A stretch of 63,991 nt of DNA, the filler included, from Stramenopiles sp. TOSAG23-3 (Eukaryota): NCBI GenBank assembly GCA_900128585.1. It is 5 parts of 5 records of this genome, joined end to end, with 100 filler letters (N's around TTAATTAATTAA, not from the genome) between each part and the next. Parts side by side here need not be neighbours in the genome. Positions count along the whole stretch, not along the records: positions 39,219 to 52,144 come from LT642655.1; 4 more parts are not named here. One strand, given 5' to 3'. Made by a program: the position numbers and the translations under genes. Below, one piece after another: positions 40,221-52,065 of the stretch. The notes under the pieces were generated by a model. That model was not told the origin of the DNA, searched no databases, and saw only the letters and a list, made by a program, of their open reading frames with translations. Each line of letters opens with the position of its first letter. Within the stretch, counting starts at the first letter, position 1.

Positions 40221-43200
40221 TCAGAGACTTTTTGCCGTCTGCCTTTGACGGTTAATTTTCTTTAATACTGCCTTATTTTTCACATCTTTCACACTCGTAT
40301 GAGTAAAAATGGGTTTGATTCTTCCACTTGCCATAGACACCCACACATCGAACCTAGCGCGGAATCCGTTGTAATGGACCAAATACTGGTTCAAGAGATC
40401 TTCTTTCTTCGCTTCCACTATTTTGCTGCAGTGCCATACTTTATCCAATGAACAAAATACATCGCAGTAATCTCCAACAGACAGCTCCCCTAACGCTTCT
40501 GTTTCGTACGAGTAAGACTCATTATTGTCGTAACTTTGCTCGGGTGCATCACAACTGGCACGGTCCGGATCCCACTTGTTCATCGAACAGTACCAGGGGT
40601 CATCCGAGTTGATTTGTGCATCATTTGGCAAAAGTCTCCATTTCATACAACTTTCGTGCCCGCACTGCACCCAATTTTTGTGCTGTTTCTCTTCTTTAGG
40701 CTCAACCTTCTGTAAAGACTTGGTGACACTGTCGGTATTATACCTGTGTACATACTTGGCTCTACTGTTTTGTAGCATTTTTTCCAGCTGTTTTATAGCC
40801 AAAGGCACGCTACTTTTCTCTTCTCCGATATTTTTCAAAAGTTCATCAAACAAAGGACTGCCGTAAACGTGCCGGTGTATTTCGCCTTCAAGGAAATCGG
40901 GAAATGCAGCTTTGCAGACGTTTGGCCAAGGTTCATCAAAGCGCTCTTCTTTGAAATAGTCGACAAGGGTTTTTCGATTCAATTTGCTGTACCGACGGCG
41001 ATCGCCTGCTGCAAAGCAGGTTTGAATGCTTGGCAAGCGGACACATCCATACAAATCGTTTGGCATCGACATGTTGTTATTTTGTTCAAACCAATGCAGC
41101 ATTTCTTTGTGCACAGTCTGTTCGTCGTACTCGACGTGAGTGTCAAAGTATGGAGAATCACCTACCGGGAAACCGGGTATGTCCGCCGGCATCGTGCCGG
41201 GGACGTCTGCCATTGGGATGTGCATAGTCCGCGACCGAACTGGCCGGTAAGAATGCAGAGTAAAGAATGTTTCTGTAGAAATGTACAAGGTCAATAGGTC
41301 ACAGAGTGCTTGGGTTCGGGAACCAATTTTGGGACAAATTTGTGGCAGCGTAAATATTTCGTCGCGCAAGCAAGTAAGGGCACGCTTCACATCCTTCATA
41401 GTTTTCCCCCAAGTATTAACCAATCGGTCGATCCTACCAAGCGTGGTAAAAATCTCAAGCCTCTTTTGCATAGAGCGTGCACTTTCTCCCTCACATTCAA
41501 TCTTGGTTTCAGCTTCGTCGCCACTTGCATTTTCTTCATCTTCGCTTGAGCTGGCGTTGTCATCATCGCTATCTGCCCCTTCCTGCACGCCCCCGATATC
41601 ACCGTCTTCCTCCGAATCTTCGTCTTCCTCCGATGACTCCCCACCCGTGTCTTCGTCAAACGACGCGTAACCATCTCCTAGTTCTCGTCTAATTGCTTCC
41701 ATTGCTTTTTTTTTCTCGTCAGATTTAAGCTTTTTCAACGCTTTCTCAAACTTTTTTTTTCCTGCAGCATACGCTGCTTTGTCCTTTTGGAAATGTTGCA
41801 AGTAGGGGGCCCGCGTTTCATCGCTCATTGCCCTCCATTGCTCGCCTCCATACGAGGCAAGCTGAGTCAACTTTAGTTGTGAATTGTCGGCCTTCCACCC
41901 CTCACGTTTGTCTTTCAAGAATAAGAAAAACGCAGTCAAAGGCCGTTTTGGTTCATTCTTTTCTGTAAACGTTTCAATGACAGTTTTCATCGTTTCTTTT
42001 TTCCCTTCAACGAATGCTCTCTCCTTGCGCTTTCTTTCTCTGACTGCTTGCTCTTTCGCTTGTGCTTTAACAATTTGCTGTCGCAACACTTCGATTTTTG
42101 CATCAGCCAAAGATACATCATATGAATAGACGGTTCGCAGCCACTTGTAAGTGACTTCGCTGATTGAACCCCACTCGTTCCAGAGCATATCCATGACTTT
42201 GCCTTCACTTAGGATGTTTACAGGCGCTGCACTAAGCTCCAGGAGCTCCTCGCTTAAACTCGAGCCCTGGTGCTGCTCTTTCTCTGCCAACGAATTGGGG
42301 AGGTACTGTTCACTCAGAAAATGTCGTACTTTGTCCATCGATATCACCAAATTGTGCACCCGTTGCTCGGCAACTCCTTGTGCTTCTGCTTCTGCCGCCG
42401 TTAGAGATTTGGGCTTGCCTATTGTCTGTTTCATAAGAACATGCGGCAACCTCTCTTTCTCGTATTCGACAAACGCGAGGCACTTCGATGCGTATCGACG
42501 CGCCCACTGTGGCAAGCCTGATAACGCCGAGCTTCTAAGCCCATACTTGCCGCAGCGAGTCTTTTCTTCTTCCATGGCAGCTAACCGTACTGCGTTCGCA
42601 TGGTCGATCGCCGCCTGCTTCTTTTGATCTTTTTCCTGCTGTCGCCGCAAGGTTTCCCGTTCAGTGTCCGCCTGCTGCTGCTTCTGTGCCTCCCGAAACT
42701 GTGCAAGGGGTCCGTTGGTGAACGCCTCCATTTTCTTTTGGTAGTCCGCTTTCAATTCGGCTGAGAGTCCCTTAAAGTAGTAGCGTTGGTCTTCTGGCAA
42801 AGTCCTCCACATTTTCCCGGCCAACGAAGCAAGTTCAGTTTTGGCCATTCCAGGGTTGGACTTTTGTATGTCCGCACGTTTTTCTCTGAGAAAGACGAAG
42901 AAGTCGCTCAATGGGCGCTTGGGAGCATTTTCCTTTGTAAACACCTTTTCCCGTTCTTTCAGTTTCTTCAGCGCTGCCTTTTCTTTTGCCATTTGCTTCT
43001 GCTTTCGTTTCTTTGCTTCCGCCTTTTGCCTCCGTTTCATTGTTTTTGGGCTTTCGGCAACAGGCGTATCCGGCACAATTGAAGTTTTTTTCTCGTCCCT
43101 GCAGGCCCTCACAAGCATTCCCAATCTTGAAATAGGAGCGTGGCTATCGCGAATAATTTCTTCGTAAGCCTTCGTCTTTGTTAAGTACAAAAATGATCCT

Positions 43201-45308
43201 CGGCACTTTGAGCTTCCGCATAAGCATGCAGCAAGAGCAAATTCGTGGGTACTTTCAGTAACCGCGTTGTAATCAAAAGTCAGCTCCTCCCCTTTCCGGA
43301 TGGAGCGGATGGAGTACATAGCAACCATGTAACGCCCGTTTACAGCAATACACACCGTTGCACAATTTGGGCGGCAGCTATGGCTCATGCGAGACGCAAA
43401 ATTTGCGCACTGGCTTGGGTCAATCGTCAAAATGTTGTGCCCCTCGGTGTCATTCGTATGCCGCTCGAGCTGAATATTCCAGAAATCAGGTATTGCATTT
43501 TTGTTTGCCTGCTGCGCAGTCAGGTTTTCAACAGCCTGTTCTCGCTCATTCCATTGCCACGCTGGGTAAACTTCCCCTTGGTATTCCTTTATGAATTCTC
43601 CCTTCTGGATTCCTGCCGCCGAATGACATATTACACCTTTGCCCTTTGGGTGCACTTTAAAATTGTGGTCTTCCCAACGAGTGACGGCGGAGGCTAATTT
43701 TTGGGCTACCTTTTTATGCAAAGGATTCTTTGATTCCTCGATCGCGCGCAACGCTACACGCATATCGTGGGCTTCGTCACTAGTTTGGGCGTTGATAGCG
43801 GGTAGCAAAACAGACTCGATAAATTCATTTTTTTCCTCATCGCCAGAGAGGGTATCTCCAATAGCCAGAAGTATGTTTTTGCGAGTGTAGCAGTCTATTC
43901 CCCACACGTCAGTTTTAACCAGATCCACACCATCGATTGCGTGCCCTGACGGATTCTTCAGGGCGTAGGCCTTGTTCCCGTTGCCGTCCTCTGTGCAATC
44001 AAGCCACAGGGAGTAGTCTGGCAAAGTTTCAGCGGCTTCATTTCTACCCGGTGGTGGTGGGCCGCTTATCTTCGTTTGCAAGGCTTTGTATACACCCTCT
44101 TGTTCGTGCTCAGAGAGGCACCTCGCTGCAATACAATGGTCGATTGCCTTAAACTTTCGAACTTTGTAGGGCTTCTTTCTCCACTCTGTTTGGACTGCGG
44201 GCTCACGGTTCTCAGCTTGCACCTTATCCAACTCTTCTTGGGTCAATCTCTCTTGAATATCTGAACTATGCTTTGCTGCTTTGTACCCTATCGTTTCTTC
44301 GACGAACGCCAGTAGTCGTTTTGCTTCCCTGTGGACATTGCCAGGGACTTCCTCCAATGGGTTGTACCCCATGGCGTTGTTGCACAATAAAGCAAGGTCC
44401 TCCCGCAAGCTCTTCCAGTCAACCGATTTCATAAACCCATTTTCTTTTGCCCCATCGCTGGTATAGGCTTTTGCAAGAACTTTCTTCTCGATTGTGCAAA
44501 GGTCAATCGGGTGGGAAACTTTCAGTGCATACTCGGGATCAGCTTCTGGGGTCACAGGCTCCAAAAAATGGCAATACTGGTCCTTTTGCTTGATCCGCTG
44601 GAACGTCTTTACAAGATCCTGAAAATGGGCTTGAAACATTTTTCTGCGCAATTCCATGTTGTCTTGTTTTGCCCTTGTCTTCTCCTCTTCGCTCGGGCCT
44701 TTTGAGCACATTATTACGTTCGTTGATTTCGATAATGGTGGACTTGCGGGGGCATGACTAGTTTTCTTCTTCTTCTTTAAGGATGGATTTGAAGGCTTCA
44801 GTGATGTGTCCTTCTGGCGCTTGATACCAGCGAAAAATTGTGGCAGCGTGGTTGGCCCTAAAAAAGGTGGGGCAAAAGGCGCAGTCGTTTTGGCTTTGTT
44901 CTGTTGTTTATTGTGGTTGTTGCTGCCAGTCGGTTTGAGTTCCACATTCGCGCGAAACGCCGCCATCGCAGACGTCGACGTGCCCTCTGAAACCCTCTGC
45001 CTTGTAATACCCTGGCTGGTTACAGCTCTTTTCTCTGCTCCCGTGTCTTTGTTGTTGACAAAGTTCTCTTTCACACTTTGCGGAGAAGGGTTTTGGCCTA
45101 TGACTTTCTCGATCTTCAGAGTCTTACCGCCGGTTTCCTTTGCCACTTGTTTTATCGCTAGGGGGGCGTTGCCTTGGCGAGATTTTTCCCTGTCCGCGCA
45201 CATCGACATCGATAAGGCCAGGCCTAACTGCATATCCATCTGCGAGCGGCTGAAGGATGAATAGGTACCTTGGCTAGCCTTCCGCTTTCTGCTTGGTCGG
45301 CGACTCAT
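40221..45308 (-). CDS. ATXR3/SDG2-like histone methyltransferase: bromodomain - SET/post-SET - 2 HMG boxes - zf-CW - Tudor-knot/chromo-barrel
   Basis: FLEPV...PIDL...NAMGYN bromodomain; WGIDCYTRKNI, GEVYPAWQW, NFASRMSHSCRPNC, ELTFDY, CLCGSSKCRG; PKRPLS/PKRPLT HMG starts; WVQC...KWR...WYC..N; YLVHYNGFRARFDVWV. Confidence 0.88.
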   Translation of the reverse strand: MSRRPSRKRKASQGTYSSFSRSQMDMQLGLALSMSMCADREKSRQGNAPLAIKQVAKETGGKTLKIEKVIGQNPSPQSVKENFVNNKDTGAEKRAVTSQGITRQRVSEGTSTSAMAAFRANVELKPTGSNNHNKQQNKAKTTAPFAPPFLGPTTLPQFFAGIKRQKDTSLKPSNPSLKKKKKTSHAPASPPLSKSTNVIMCSKGPSEEEKTRAKQDNMELRRKMFQAHFQDLVKTFQRIKQKDQYCHFLEPVTPEADPEYALKVSHPIDLCTIEKKVLAKAYTSDGAKENGFMKSVDWKSLREDLALLCNNAMGYNPLEEVPGNVHREAKRLLAFVEETIGYKAAKHSSDIQERLTQEELDKVQAENREPAVQTEWRKKPYKVRKFKAIDHCIAARCLSEHEQEGVYKALQTKISGPPPPGRNEAAETLPDYSLWLDCTEDGNGNKAYALKNPSGHAIDGVDLVKTDVWGIDCYTRKNILLAIGDTLSGDEEKNEFIESVLLPAINAQTSDEAHDMRVALRAIEESKNPLHKKVAQKLASAVTRWEDHNFKVHPKGKGVICHSAAGIQKGEFIKEYQGEVYPAWQWNEREQAVENLTAQQANKNAIPDFWNIQLERHTNDTEGHNILTIDPSQCANFASRMSHSCRPNCATVCIAVNGRYMVAMYSIRSIRKGEELTFDYNAVTESTHEFALAACLCGSSKCRGSFLYLTKTKAYEEIIRDSHAPISRLGMLVRACRDEKKTSIVPDTPVAESPKTMKRRQKAEAKKRKQKQMAKEKAALKKLKEREKVFTKENAPKRPLSDFFVFLREKRADIQKSNPGMAKTELASLAGKMWRTLPEDQRYYFKGLSAELKADYQKKMEAFTNGPLAQFREAQKQQQADTERETLRRQQEKDQKKQAAIDHANAVRLAAMEEEKTRCGKYGLRSSALSGLPQWARRYASKCLAFVEYEKERLPHVLMKQTIGKPKSLTAAEAEAQGVAEQRVHNLVISMDKVRHFLSEQYLPNSLAEKEQHQGSSLSEELLELSAAPVNILSEGKVMDMLWNEWGSISEVTYKWLRTVYSYDVSLADAKIEVLRQQIVKAQAKEQAVRERKRKERAFVEGKKETMKTVIETFTEKNEPKRPLTAFFLFLKDKREGWKADNSQLKLTQLASYGGEQWRAMSDETRAPYLQHFQKDKAAYAAGKKKFEKALKKLKSDEKKKAMEAIRRELGDGYASFDEDTGGESSEEDEDSEEDGDIGGVQEGADSDDDNASSSEDEENASGDEAETKIECEGESARSMQKRLEIFTTLGRIDRLVNTWGKTMKDVKRALTCLRDEIFTLPQICPKIGSRTQALCDLLTLYISTETFFTLHSYRPVRSRTMHIPMADVPGTMPADIPGFPVGDSPYFDTHVEYDEQTVHKEMLHWFEQNNNMSMPNDLYGCVRLPSIQTCFAAGDRRRYSKLNRKTLVDYFKEERFDEPWPNVCKAAFPDFLEGEIHRHVYGSPLFDELLKNIGEEKSSVPLAIKQLEKMLQNSRAKYVHRYNTDSVTKSLQKVEPKEEKQHKNWVQCGHESCMKWRLLPNDAQINSDDPWYCSMNKWDPDRASCDAPEQSYDNNESYSYETEALGELSVGDYCDVFCSLDKVWHCSKIVEAKKEDLLNQYLVHYNGFRARFDVWVSMASGRIKPIFTHTSVKDVKNKAVLKKINRQRQTAKSL

Positions 45309-46372
45309 ATTGCTCTGCTAAGTGCTTACCACACTCGAGCGTATCCTTGGCGATAGTTGGAAAACTTGTAAGCACTAAACTGTATTAATGCCGCTAATTT
45401 TTTGGTTCTGTTTACTGTTCCCTATGCTTTCTTTCTTGCCGTCTGCAGATAAGCAGATAAATGTCGTTAAACATTTGGGCTTTTTTCTTATTGAAACGCA
45501 GCAAACAACAATTCTACTATTCAGTTGTTCTATACAGCGATTATTATTGAAGAATGATGTAATTATAACATTTAAAAAATATATAATAATAAATAATACT
45601 AGTCTATAAGAACACACCATATCACTTCTATTCTTATTATTTATATTTTTTTTATATTACACAGTCATCATACTACTTCCTTATTTATATTTATTAAAAT
45701 AGTTTGCCTCTCCACCTCCTCCTCCTTGTTGTGTTCTGCTGCGTTGTTTGAATTAATAAAAAAATAATGTAATTTATAAAAAATAATAAAAAAAATTGAA
45801 TTTTTTTATCTATAATAACTCTATATAACTATACTATACTACTTGAAAAAAGTATTTTACGACAGAATTAAATACATTGAATAGTATAAATAGTACAAAA
45901 ACTATTTAACAACATCGAAAGGAAAAAGGACAGCTAGACTCTATGGCATGGGAATAGATCATTAGCAGGTAAATAGAATCGATCAATTGGATTGGTGGTG
46001 ATGATGGTATACGTAAGGATTTTATTACCATCTGTCCATTTCGAACCTTGACAACACAGTTTATATCTTCATTATAATTATATATATATAAATTAATTTC
46101 CTTTTGGACTGATTGAACGCACAGGCTACGTCCTTAAGCTGTAAAAATCTTATTCGCGCCAAATAAAAGGCAATGTATCCATTTCATTTCATACAAGAAG
46201 TACAATTAAATGTATTGTTGGAATACTATATAAGACATTGATCTACCTTCTACTTCTACTCCTCTCCGCCTTGCCGGTTCGTTCTCTTCCCTTCCTCCTC
46301 CCCCCCCCGCCGCTCGTCATCGTTTTTTTCGCGAAAATATAATTTCAACATTTTCTTCCCGGAAAACCATGT

Positions 46373-47053
46373 TCACGAGAAAACCATTTTACTGGGTGCG
46401 GTGGGGAATAGTTTTTGTACATACGTCATAATTCGCTTCACACTGTTTAATGACTTTCTAGTCGCCTCGTCGTCCATTATATGGGCAATTTTGTTCGCAC
46501 CAATGCGCTCTCTGCCTCCACGAGAGTGAATACCTACAGCCGTCACACCGATTGGCCATGGGGAATTGCCAATCGCCATAAGCATGTACTGATCGTGGGC
46601 TCTAACGTACTCTTGCTGTTTCAAATACAACACGATTTTGCTTATGCCGCCTACTACATCAATATGGATCGAACCAGATTTACTCCCTTTGAAAAACGAT
46701 TTCATGCTTGACTTGACCTGTTTAAACTGTCCTGTTGCCGCTCGGCCGAGTCCCGAGTTTTTCACCTCCGGTGGACGCGCCAATAAGTCACTCTCCCAGC
46801 GCTTCAGTATCGCCTTGAAATACTCTTTGCTAAACTTGCCCAATTCTTTAAGAGTCAGCTTTTCCAACTCATCGATACTTTGCGGTTGTATCTTTTTCTT
46901 TACAGAACCAGCACTCGCCGAATTGGCGTTTGCACCATTACCACTCCCCCCTTTATCCCCAGCCGTGTTTGGATTTACGGAGCCCGTCCGCTGCTTCTTC
47001 GCCACTCCAGGGCGACCCTCTTCATCCCGACTTCTCTTAAGGTCTTCAGACAT
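46373..47053 (-). CDS. PRP18: Pre-mRNA splicing factor Prp18
   Basis: YMLMAIGNSPWPIGVTAVGIHSRGGRERI...AHIMDDEATRK signature. Confidence 0.93.
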   Translation of the reverse strand: MSEDLKRSRDEEGRPGVAKKQRTGSVNPNTAGDKGGSGNGANANSASAGSVKKKIQPQSIDELEKLTLKELGKFSKEYFKAILKRWESDLLARPPEVKNSGLGRAATGQFKQVKSSMKSFFKGSKSGSIHIDVVGGISKIVLYLKQQEYVRAHDQYMLMAIGNSPWPIGVTAVGIHSRGGRERIGANKIAHIMDDEATRKSLNSVKRIMTYVQKLFPTAPSKMVFS

Positions 47054-47987
47054 ACTCGCTTGGGCAGATCACAGTAATTTATGCAATTGGTTCTGTTGCA
47101 ATGAAATCGTATATGATCTTGTCTATGTAAAGTGTGTTTACTCTTTTCTTCTTTAACGTAAAAATAAATGTACAATTGTATAAAATACCGACGGTATTAA
47201 TAACTAAGACGTTTTCTTGTAATATATTATTACACTACTGGTGGTGGGGGATGATGATGATGGGAGACACGAAGAAGAAGAAGAAGAAGAAGAAGAAAAG
47301 ACTTCCTCCTCGTCCCCCTCCATCTCCTTCTCTCCTACACAAAATATTAATATAAATGAAGTATAAAGCCAACATGTGGACGGATGATATACCTATAATA
47401 ATAATACTAATACCATAATGTACCTATATAATAACTAACAAAAGTACAACATTATTTGTACTTTTCATCTACCGGTACCTATACTCGTAGTAGGTATGAA
47501 ACAATATAAATGCCGGTGTACACTACAATGCTGTAACGAGAGAAAAAAAATAGATTCAAACAACAATCAAAATAAAATAAACATGGAAACAGCAACAGCT
47601 GCTGCTGGCTGCTGCCGTTATTATTTTTATTATTTATTATATAACCTACCGGTACCTGGTAGAGATGGTAGACCTAGTATTGTGTTGGTAATAAATTAAT
47701 AAATATACTACTAACTACTACTCACCAGTCAGAAGAAATAATAAAAAAAAAAAAATATTTACAAGACAACAACGTAACAGCAAAAACAGTTGAAACACAA
47801 AATTGAAAATATTATATAATAATATATGAGACATTGAGAATAAAGAATGAATTGTTTTGTATCGGATCGAAAGAATAACAATCAGAAACACATAAGTCAA
47901 GAGTTCTATCTGAAGTCGATAGCCCCAACCTGTAACAGCGCGGGAGGGACAAAGTCAACGAAAGAGCGAACCAACCTGCAGTGAACA

Positions 47988-49561
47988 ATGTCCGAAACGC
48001 TGAGGGCTCTGAAAGCCCGGAGCGAAGCCAGGCTGCACGAAGAAAAACGCGTTGTAGATAGAAACCGTAATATTCTGACACTGGTGTTGAGGCATTTGGT
48101 CGACCATGGGTATGTCGATACGGCAGAGCGATTGCAAACGGAGGGGGGGGTCTCTCTCTCAAAGTACGACGTGGCCGACAACGTGGACTTGACGGGCATA
48201 GTCCATCAGTGGGAAGACTATCACGCTTTTAAGTTTGGAAAACCCCCGAAAATCGTCAGGCGAAACGATAGTTTTTCCTCCGTGGAATCGACGTCCGGTG
48301 CTACCAAGCAAAAATCTTCCACAAGTAGACATAATAAAAGTTCGTCAGCGAGTTCCGAGAACAAGAAGGAGAAGCATAAAGCAAAGGAAAGACGAGATAA
48401 ACGCAACAACTACTCTGGCCACGTGGGCAAAGGTGGCGTGGACGGCAACGCCGTCCCCACTGCGCTCAAGGGAAAACTGAAATCTTTGCAGCCCGTCTTG
48501 CCATCGTCCGGCGCTGGTGTGTCTCCTGCAGCTCCAGGTGGAGGTGCGGGAGGGATTGGTATCGAAGGAAATAAAATAAACGTACAGCACGGTCGTCCCC
48601 AGGTTGCGAAGCAAATAGGATCGGAGGACCAGCGTCTCCTGAAACCCCTCCCTAGCTTTGCCGACTCAGAAACCAGAGCACTCGGAAGCGTTATTACCCG
48701 GGACATATACCAGCGGAGCCCTGGGGTGTACTGGGATGATGTTGTAGAACTTCACCACGCGAAGAAACTTTTGAAAGAAGCAGTCGTCATGCCGACAAAA
48801 TACCCGGAGTTGTTTACTGGCTTACTTGCACCGTGGAAGGGCATCCTTCTATTCGGCCCCCCGGGCACCGGCAAAACTATGCTGGCACGGGCGGTAGCAA
48901 CGGAATGCCATACTACTTTTTTCAATATATCCGCATCTTCCATCGTGAGCAAATACAGGGGGGACTCGGAAAAATTGATCCGGGTTTTGTTTGAGTTGGC
49001 CCGGTACCACGCACCATCTACAATTTTTATCGACGAGATCGATTCGATCATGTCAGCCCGGGGATCGGGTCAAGAGCATGAGGCAAGCCGTCGCATGAAG
49101 ACGGAACTACTGATCCAGATGGACGGGCTGGCAAAAGGAGACGAACTCGTATTTGTTCTGGCTGCGAGCAACCTGCCGCTGGAAAAGCGGATACTGGTTC
49201 CACTCCCGGGGCAACATGCCCGGAAGGTCATGTTTGAGAAGCTCCTTAGCAAATCAAAAGTTTCCTTAACGAAACCTGGGGGGGAAGGCGGCACCGCCGA
49301 GCCTGGTTCTTCCAAAGGCAGTGTCGACTGTTCGCTTATGGCCGACCGGACAGAAGGTTACTCGGGTGCCGACATACACCTGGTGGCCAAGGAAGCAGCC
49401 ATGCGACCTCTGCGGCGCCTAATGGGAAAGCTTGAGGCCCTAGACGACGATCAACTAAATTCGAAAAGCCTACAAGATGCTATGGATCCTATTTCTATGG
49501 CCGACGTCCTTGCTGCCCTTGAATGCACCAAAGCATCAACCAGTACGAAAACAGACAAGTA
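47988..49561 (+). CDS. KATNAL2: Katanin p60 subunit A-like 2 (LisH + AAA); 3' end lost in a gap; internal 10-aa deletion
   Basis: N-terminal LisH (RNILTLVLRHLVDHGY); PWKGILLFGPPGTGKT, IFIDEID and EHEASRRMKTELL motifs. Confidence 0.9.
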
Positions 49562-49745
49562 NNNNNNNNNNNNNNNNNNNNNNNNNNNNNNNNNNNNNNN
49601 NNNNNNNNNNNNNNNNNNNNNNNNNNNNNNNNNNNNNNNNNNNNNNNNNNNNNNNNNNNNNNNNNNNNNNNNNNNNNNNNNNNNNNNNNNNNNNNNNNNN
49701 NNNNNNNNNNNNNNNNNNNNNNNNNNNNNNNNNNNNNNNNNNNNN
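49562..49745. other. Scaffold gap (no linker)
   Basis: Run of N without TTAATTAATTAA. Confidence 0.95.
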
Positions 49746-50811
49746 TCCCCCGTCGTTCCACCTTCAGTTCGAGTCGCCCATCCTTGAAGAGTCGAGCTAT
49801 TCTGCCGAAAACATGGACACAGAAACGTGGGCATGGCAGGGTAATTTGATTCCCATTTTGCACACGTATATCACAGACATTGATTATATTTCTAGTCAGC
49901 ACATTGTCGTCAGTATGGGGTCGGTCAACAAGCACGGAATATTTACGCCTGAACATGGGTTTGCTGAAATTCCGTTATCAATAATTAACAAGGACGAAAC
50001 CTTTCAGGACTTTCACCAAATTGTCATGAAAGATGGGATGTACATAGGAAACTTGGCGGGGCGAATAAAAATGAAATTTATCCGAGGGCTAGAGGACATC
50101 GAAAAGGTTTTAGGCGATTCTGAAGCAGCTAGTGTTCTGTCAAATCTCAATTTAACTCGCTCTGCAAGTTTTCGGGGCAGACCTAGTATGCGATCTCGTA
50201 CAAGAAGTGGCGAGTCGGTGGCGGGGGAGTTGTCCCACCGATTTGCCAATCTTTCGTCTGTCACAGAATTGGAAGATGTCTCCGAAGTTGTTGATTACTA
50301 CGTCGACGATGACGATGACGACGATGACGTTGAAGAAGATGAAGAAGAAGAGGATGCGAAAGACGCAATTGATTCGGCCGACATAAAAACAGAAGGAAAG
50401 AATTCTCTGGTAACCGTTGAAGAGGAAACGACTGAAGAAATACCTGTTTCTAAAAAGAAAATTGACACGGCTGACAGTGGCACGGCTGTGGGCAATGGCG
50501 TATCCGAACCAGGGAAAGATGGTTTAGGAATTCTACACCAGTTCGACCGGCTGAAACTTGACGACAAAATTCAAGCGCTCAGGAAAATGATTGTCTCAGT
50601 GTCTTCTGAATCGATCGCTGACTCCTGTTTGAATGCTATCGAAAAATGCCAAAAAGACGAACTGAAAGAAAAAATCATGTCTATTAGTGGGAAACATAGG
50701 TCTTTACGGAGGCCCCCGCGAATGTCGACGTTTGAACGGAAAATTAAGGGCGCTGTGCCACCACCTCCACCTGGTGAGGGAGCGGCGCCACCGCCTCCAC
50801 AGAGCAAGTGA
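49746..50811 (+). CDS. C-terminal part of a probable inositol 5-phosphatase with SHIP-type C2 domain, acidic and poly-Pro tail
   Basis: FHLQFESPILE / IPILHTYITDIDYISSQHIVVSM / HGFAEIPL / GMYIGNLAGRIK parallels the C2 domain after the SHIP1/2 catalytic domain (comparison from memory). Confidence 0.6.
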
Positions 50812-51167
50812 GGATGCACCACTAAGGCCTATTTGTTTTAGAAAACCTCCTTAAGCGTAAAAGAAGTAACTTCAGAAAATAATTAATGTAAGCTTGTGCG
50901 ATTTTCTATTTTAATACCCGAGAGGATAAACACTACTCCCGAATTTCAAAAGAATATTATAAACTTATATTATTTGCTATTTTATTTACGAGTATGAACA
51001 TCAAATTGAGAAATATTTACTCATAATTTAGATAAAGTGAGATGTACTAAGTACTAACTTCGTAAAGTAAATTAAAAACGTTTGTACGCGCTTAAAAAAA
51101 TTGTTTTGTCTTCTTCTCCCAAAACGAAATTTGTCAAAATGTCAGATGCACAGTCTTCTCTTGGCAT

Positions 51168-51836
51168 CTACAACGACAGCAAATTTGTAGAATCATCTCC
51201 CGCCTCTTCCTCGGAATCATTGTTATAAGTGTTTCCGTAGTCCCCAGCTTCAAAGTCCTCATTGTCGTCATCTACAGTTGCTGTTAAGTTCTCCTCATTC
51301 CCATCGGTCCCTTCGGTCCCTTCAGTCTGCGTCCGGTCCCTTCCAAGGTCGCCCCCTTCGCCTCTCATACCGCTCAAAATATCAGATGAATTCATAGATA
51401 CCCCCGCTCCAAATTCCAATCCGGTCGCCGGTATTTCGCCATCGCCTATACCAGACAGTGCTTTCACCACGCCAGGGACGCACAAACTATTTAAATTTAA
51501 ACGACCACAAAGCTCTTTCTGTGCCGACTTTTTTCCTTTTGAGTTGACTTGCGTTGAACGCAATGGGTGCGGTATTCTAGGCTCACGCGCCATATAAAAT
51601 GGAGACGTTTGGGCAAGTTTTGAAATACGCCTTGCTAATCGTATGCCTTCATAATCCTCGTTTGAGGGTAAACGCTCAGAAAATTTCACTATCGGTTGTC
51701 TCAAATGCTCGTCTCTGAGATATTTCTCCCCGCCCCCATGGGAGTAGTCTTGCCGCTGTGGTTCACTGAATTCTTCTTCCTCGTCACTATCCCGCCTTCT
51801 CCGCTTGCGCGACCTGCCTTTGAAATTTCGCCGCAT
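51168..51836 (-). CDS. Possible RNA polymerase III subunit RPC7/C31-like protein
   Basis: Basic N-terminus, SPFYM motif, acidic C-terminus with GDYGNTYNNDSEEE. Confidence 0.45.
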   Translation of the reverse strand: MRRNFKGRSRKRRRRDSDEEEEFSEPQRQDYSHGGGEKYLRDEHLRQPIVKFSERLPSNEDYEGIRLARRISKLAQTSPFYMAREPRIPHPLRSTQVNSKGKKSAQKELCGRLNLNSLCVPGVVKALSGIGDGEIPATGLEFGAGVSMNSSDILSGMRGEGGDLGRDRTQTEGTEGTDGNEENLTATVDDDNEDFEAGDYGNTYNNDSEEEAGDDSTNLLSL

Positions 51837-52065
51837 ACTTAATCACTTTAGCACTAGTTATCTTAATTTGAAACCTGATTATTTGTTTCAAGTGAACACG
51901 GTGCTAATCCTTTTTATTTCTGAAATTTACTTCTGTGGCTGTCTTGTTTATTGATTATTATAGTTATTATTACAACAAATCAGCTCATCCCATCTATAAT
52001 AATGTGATGGTGTTTTTCGTTGGTGGTTGGTCTGTGTCCTTTCCTGTTATTTCCTGTTAATGAAT

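Noticed and set aside
47988-50811. Katanin fused to a C2/acidic domain
   Set aside because: The ORF track reads through the N gap; these are two different genes
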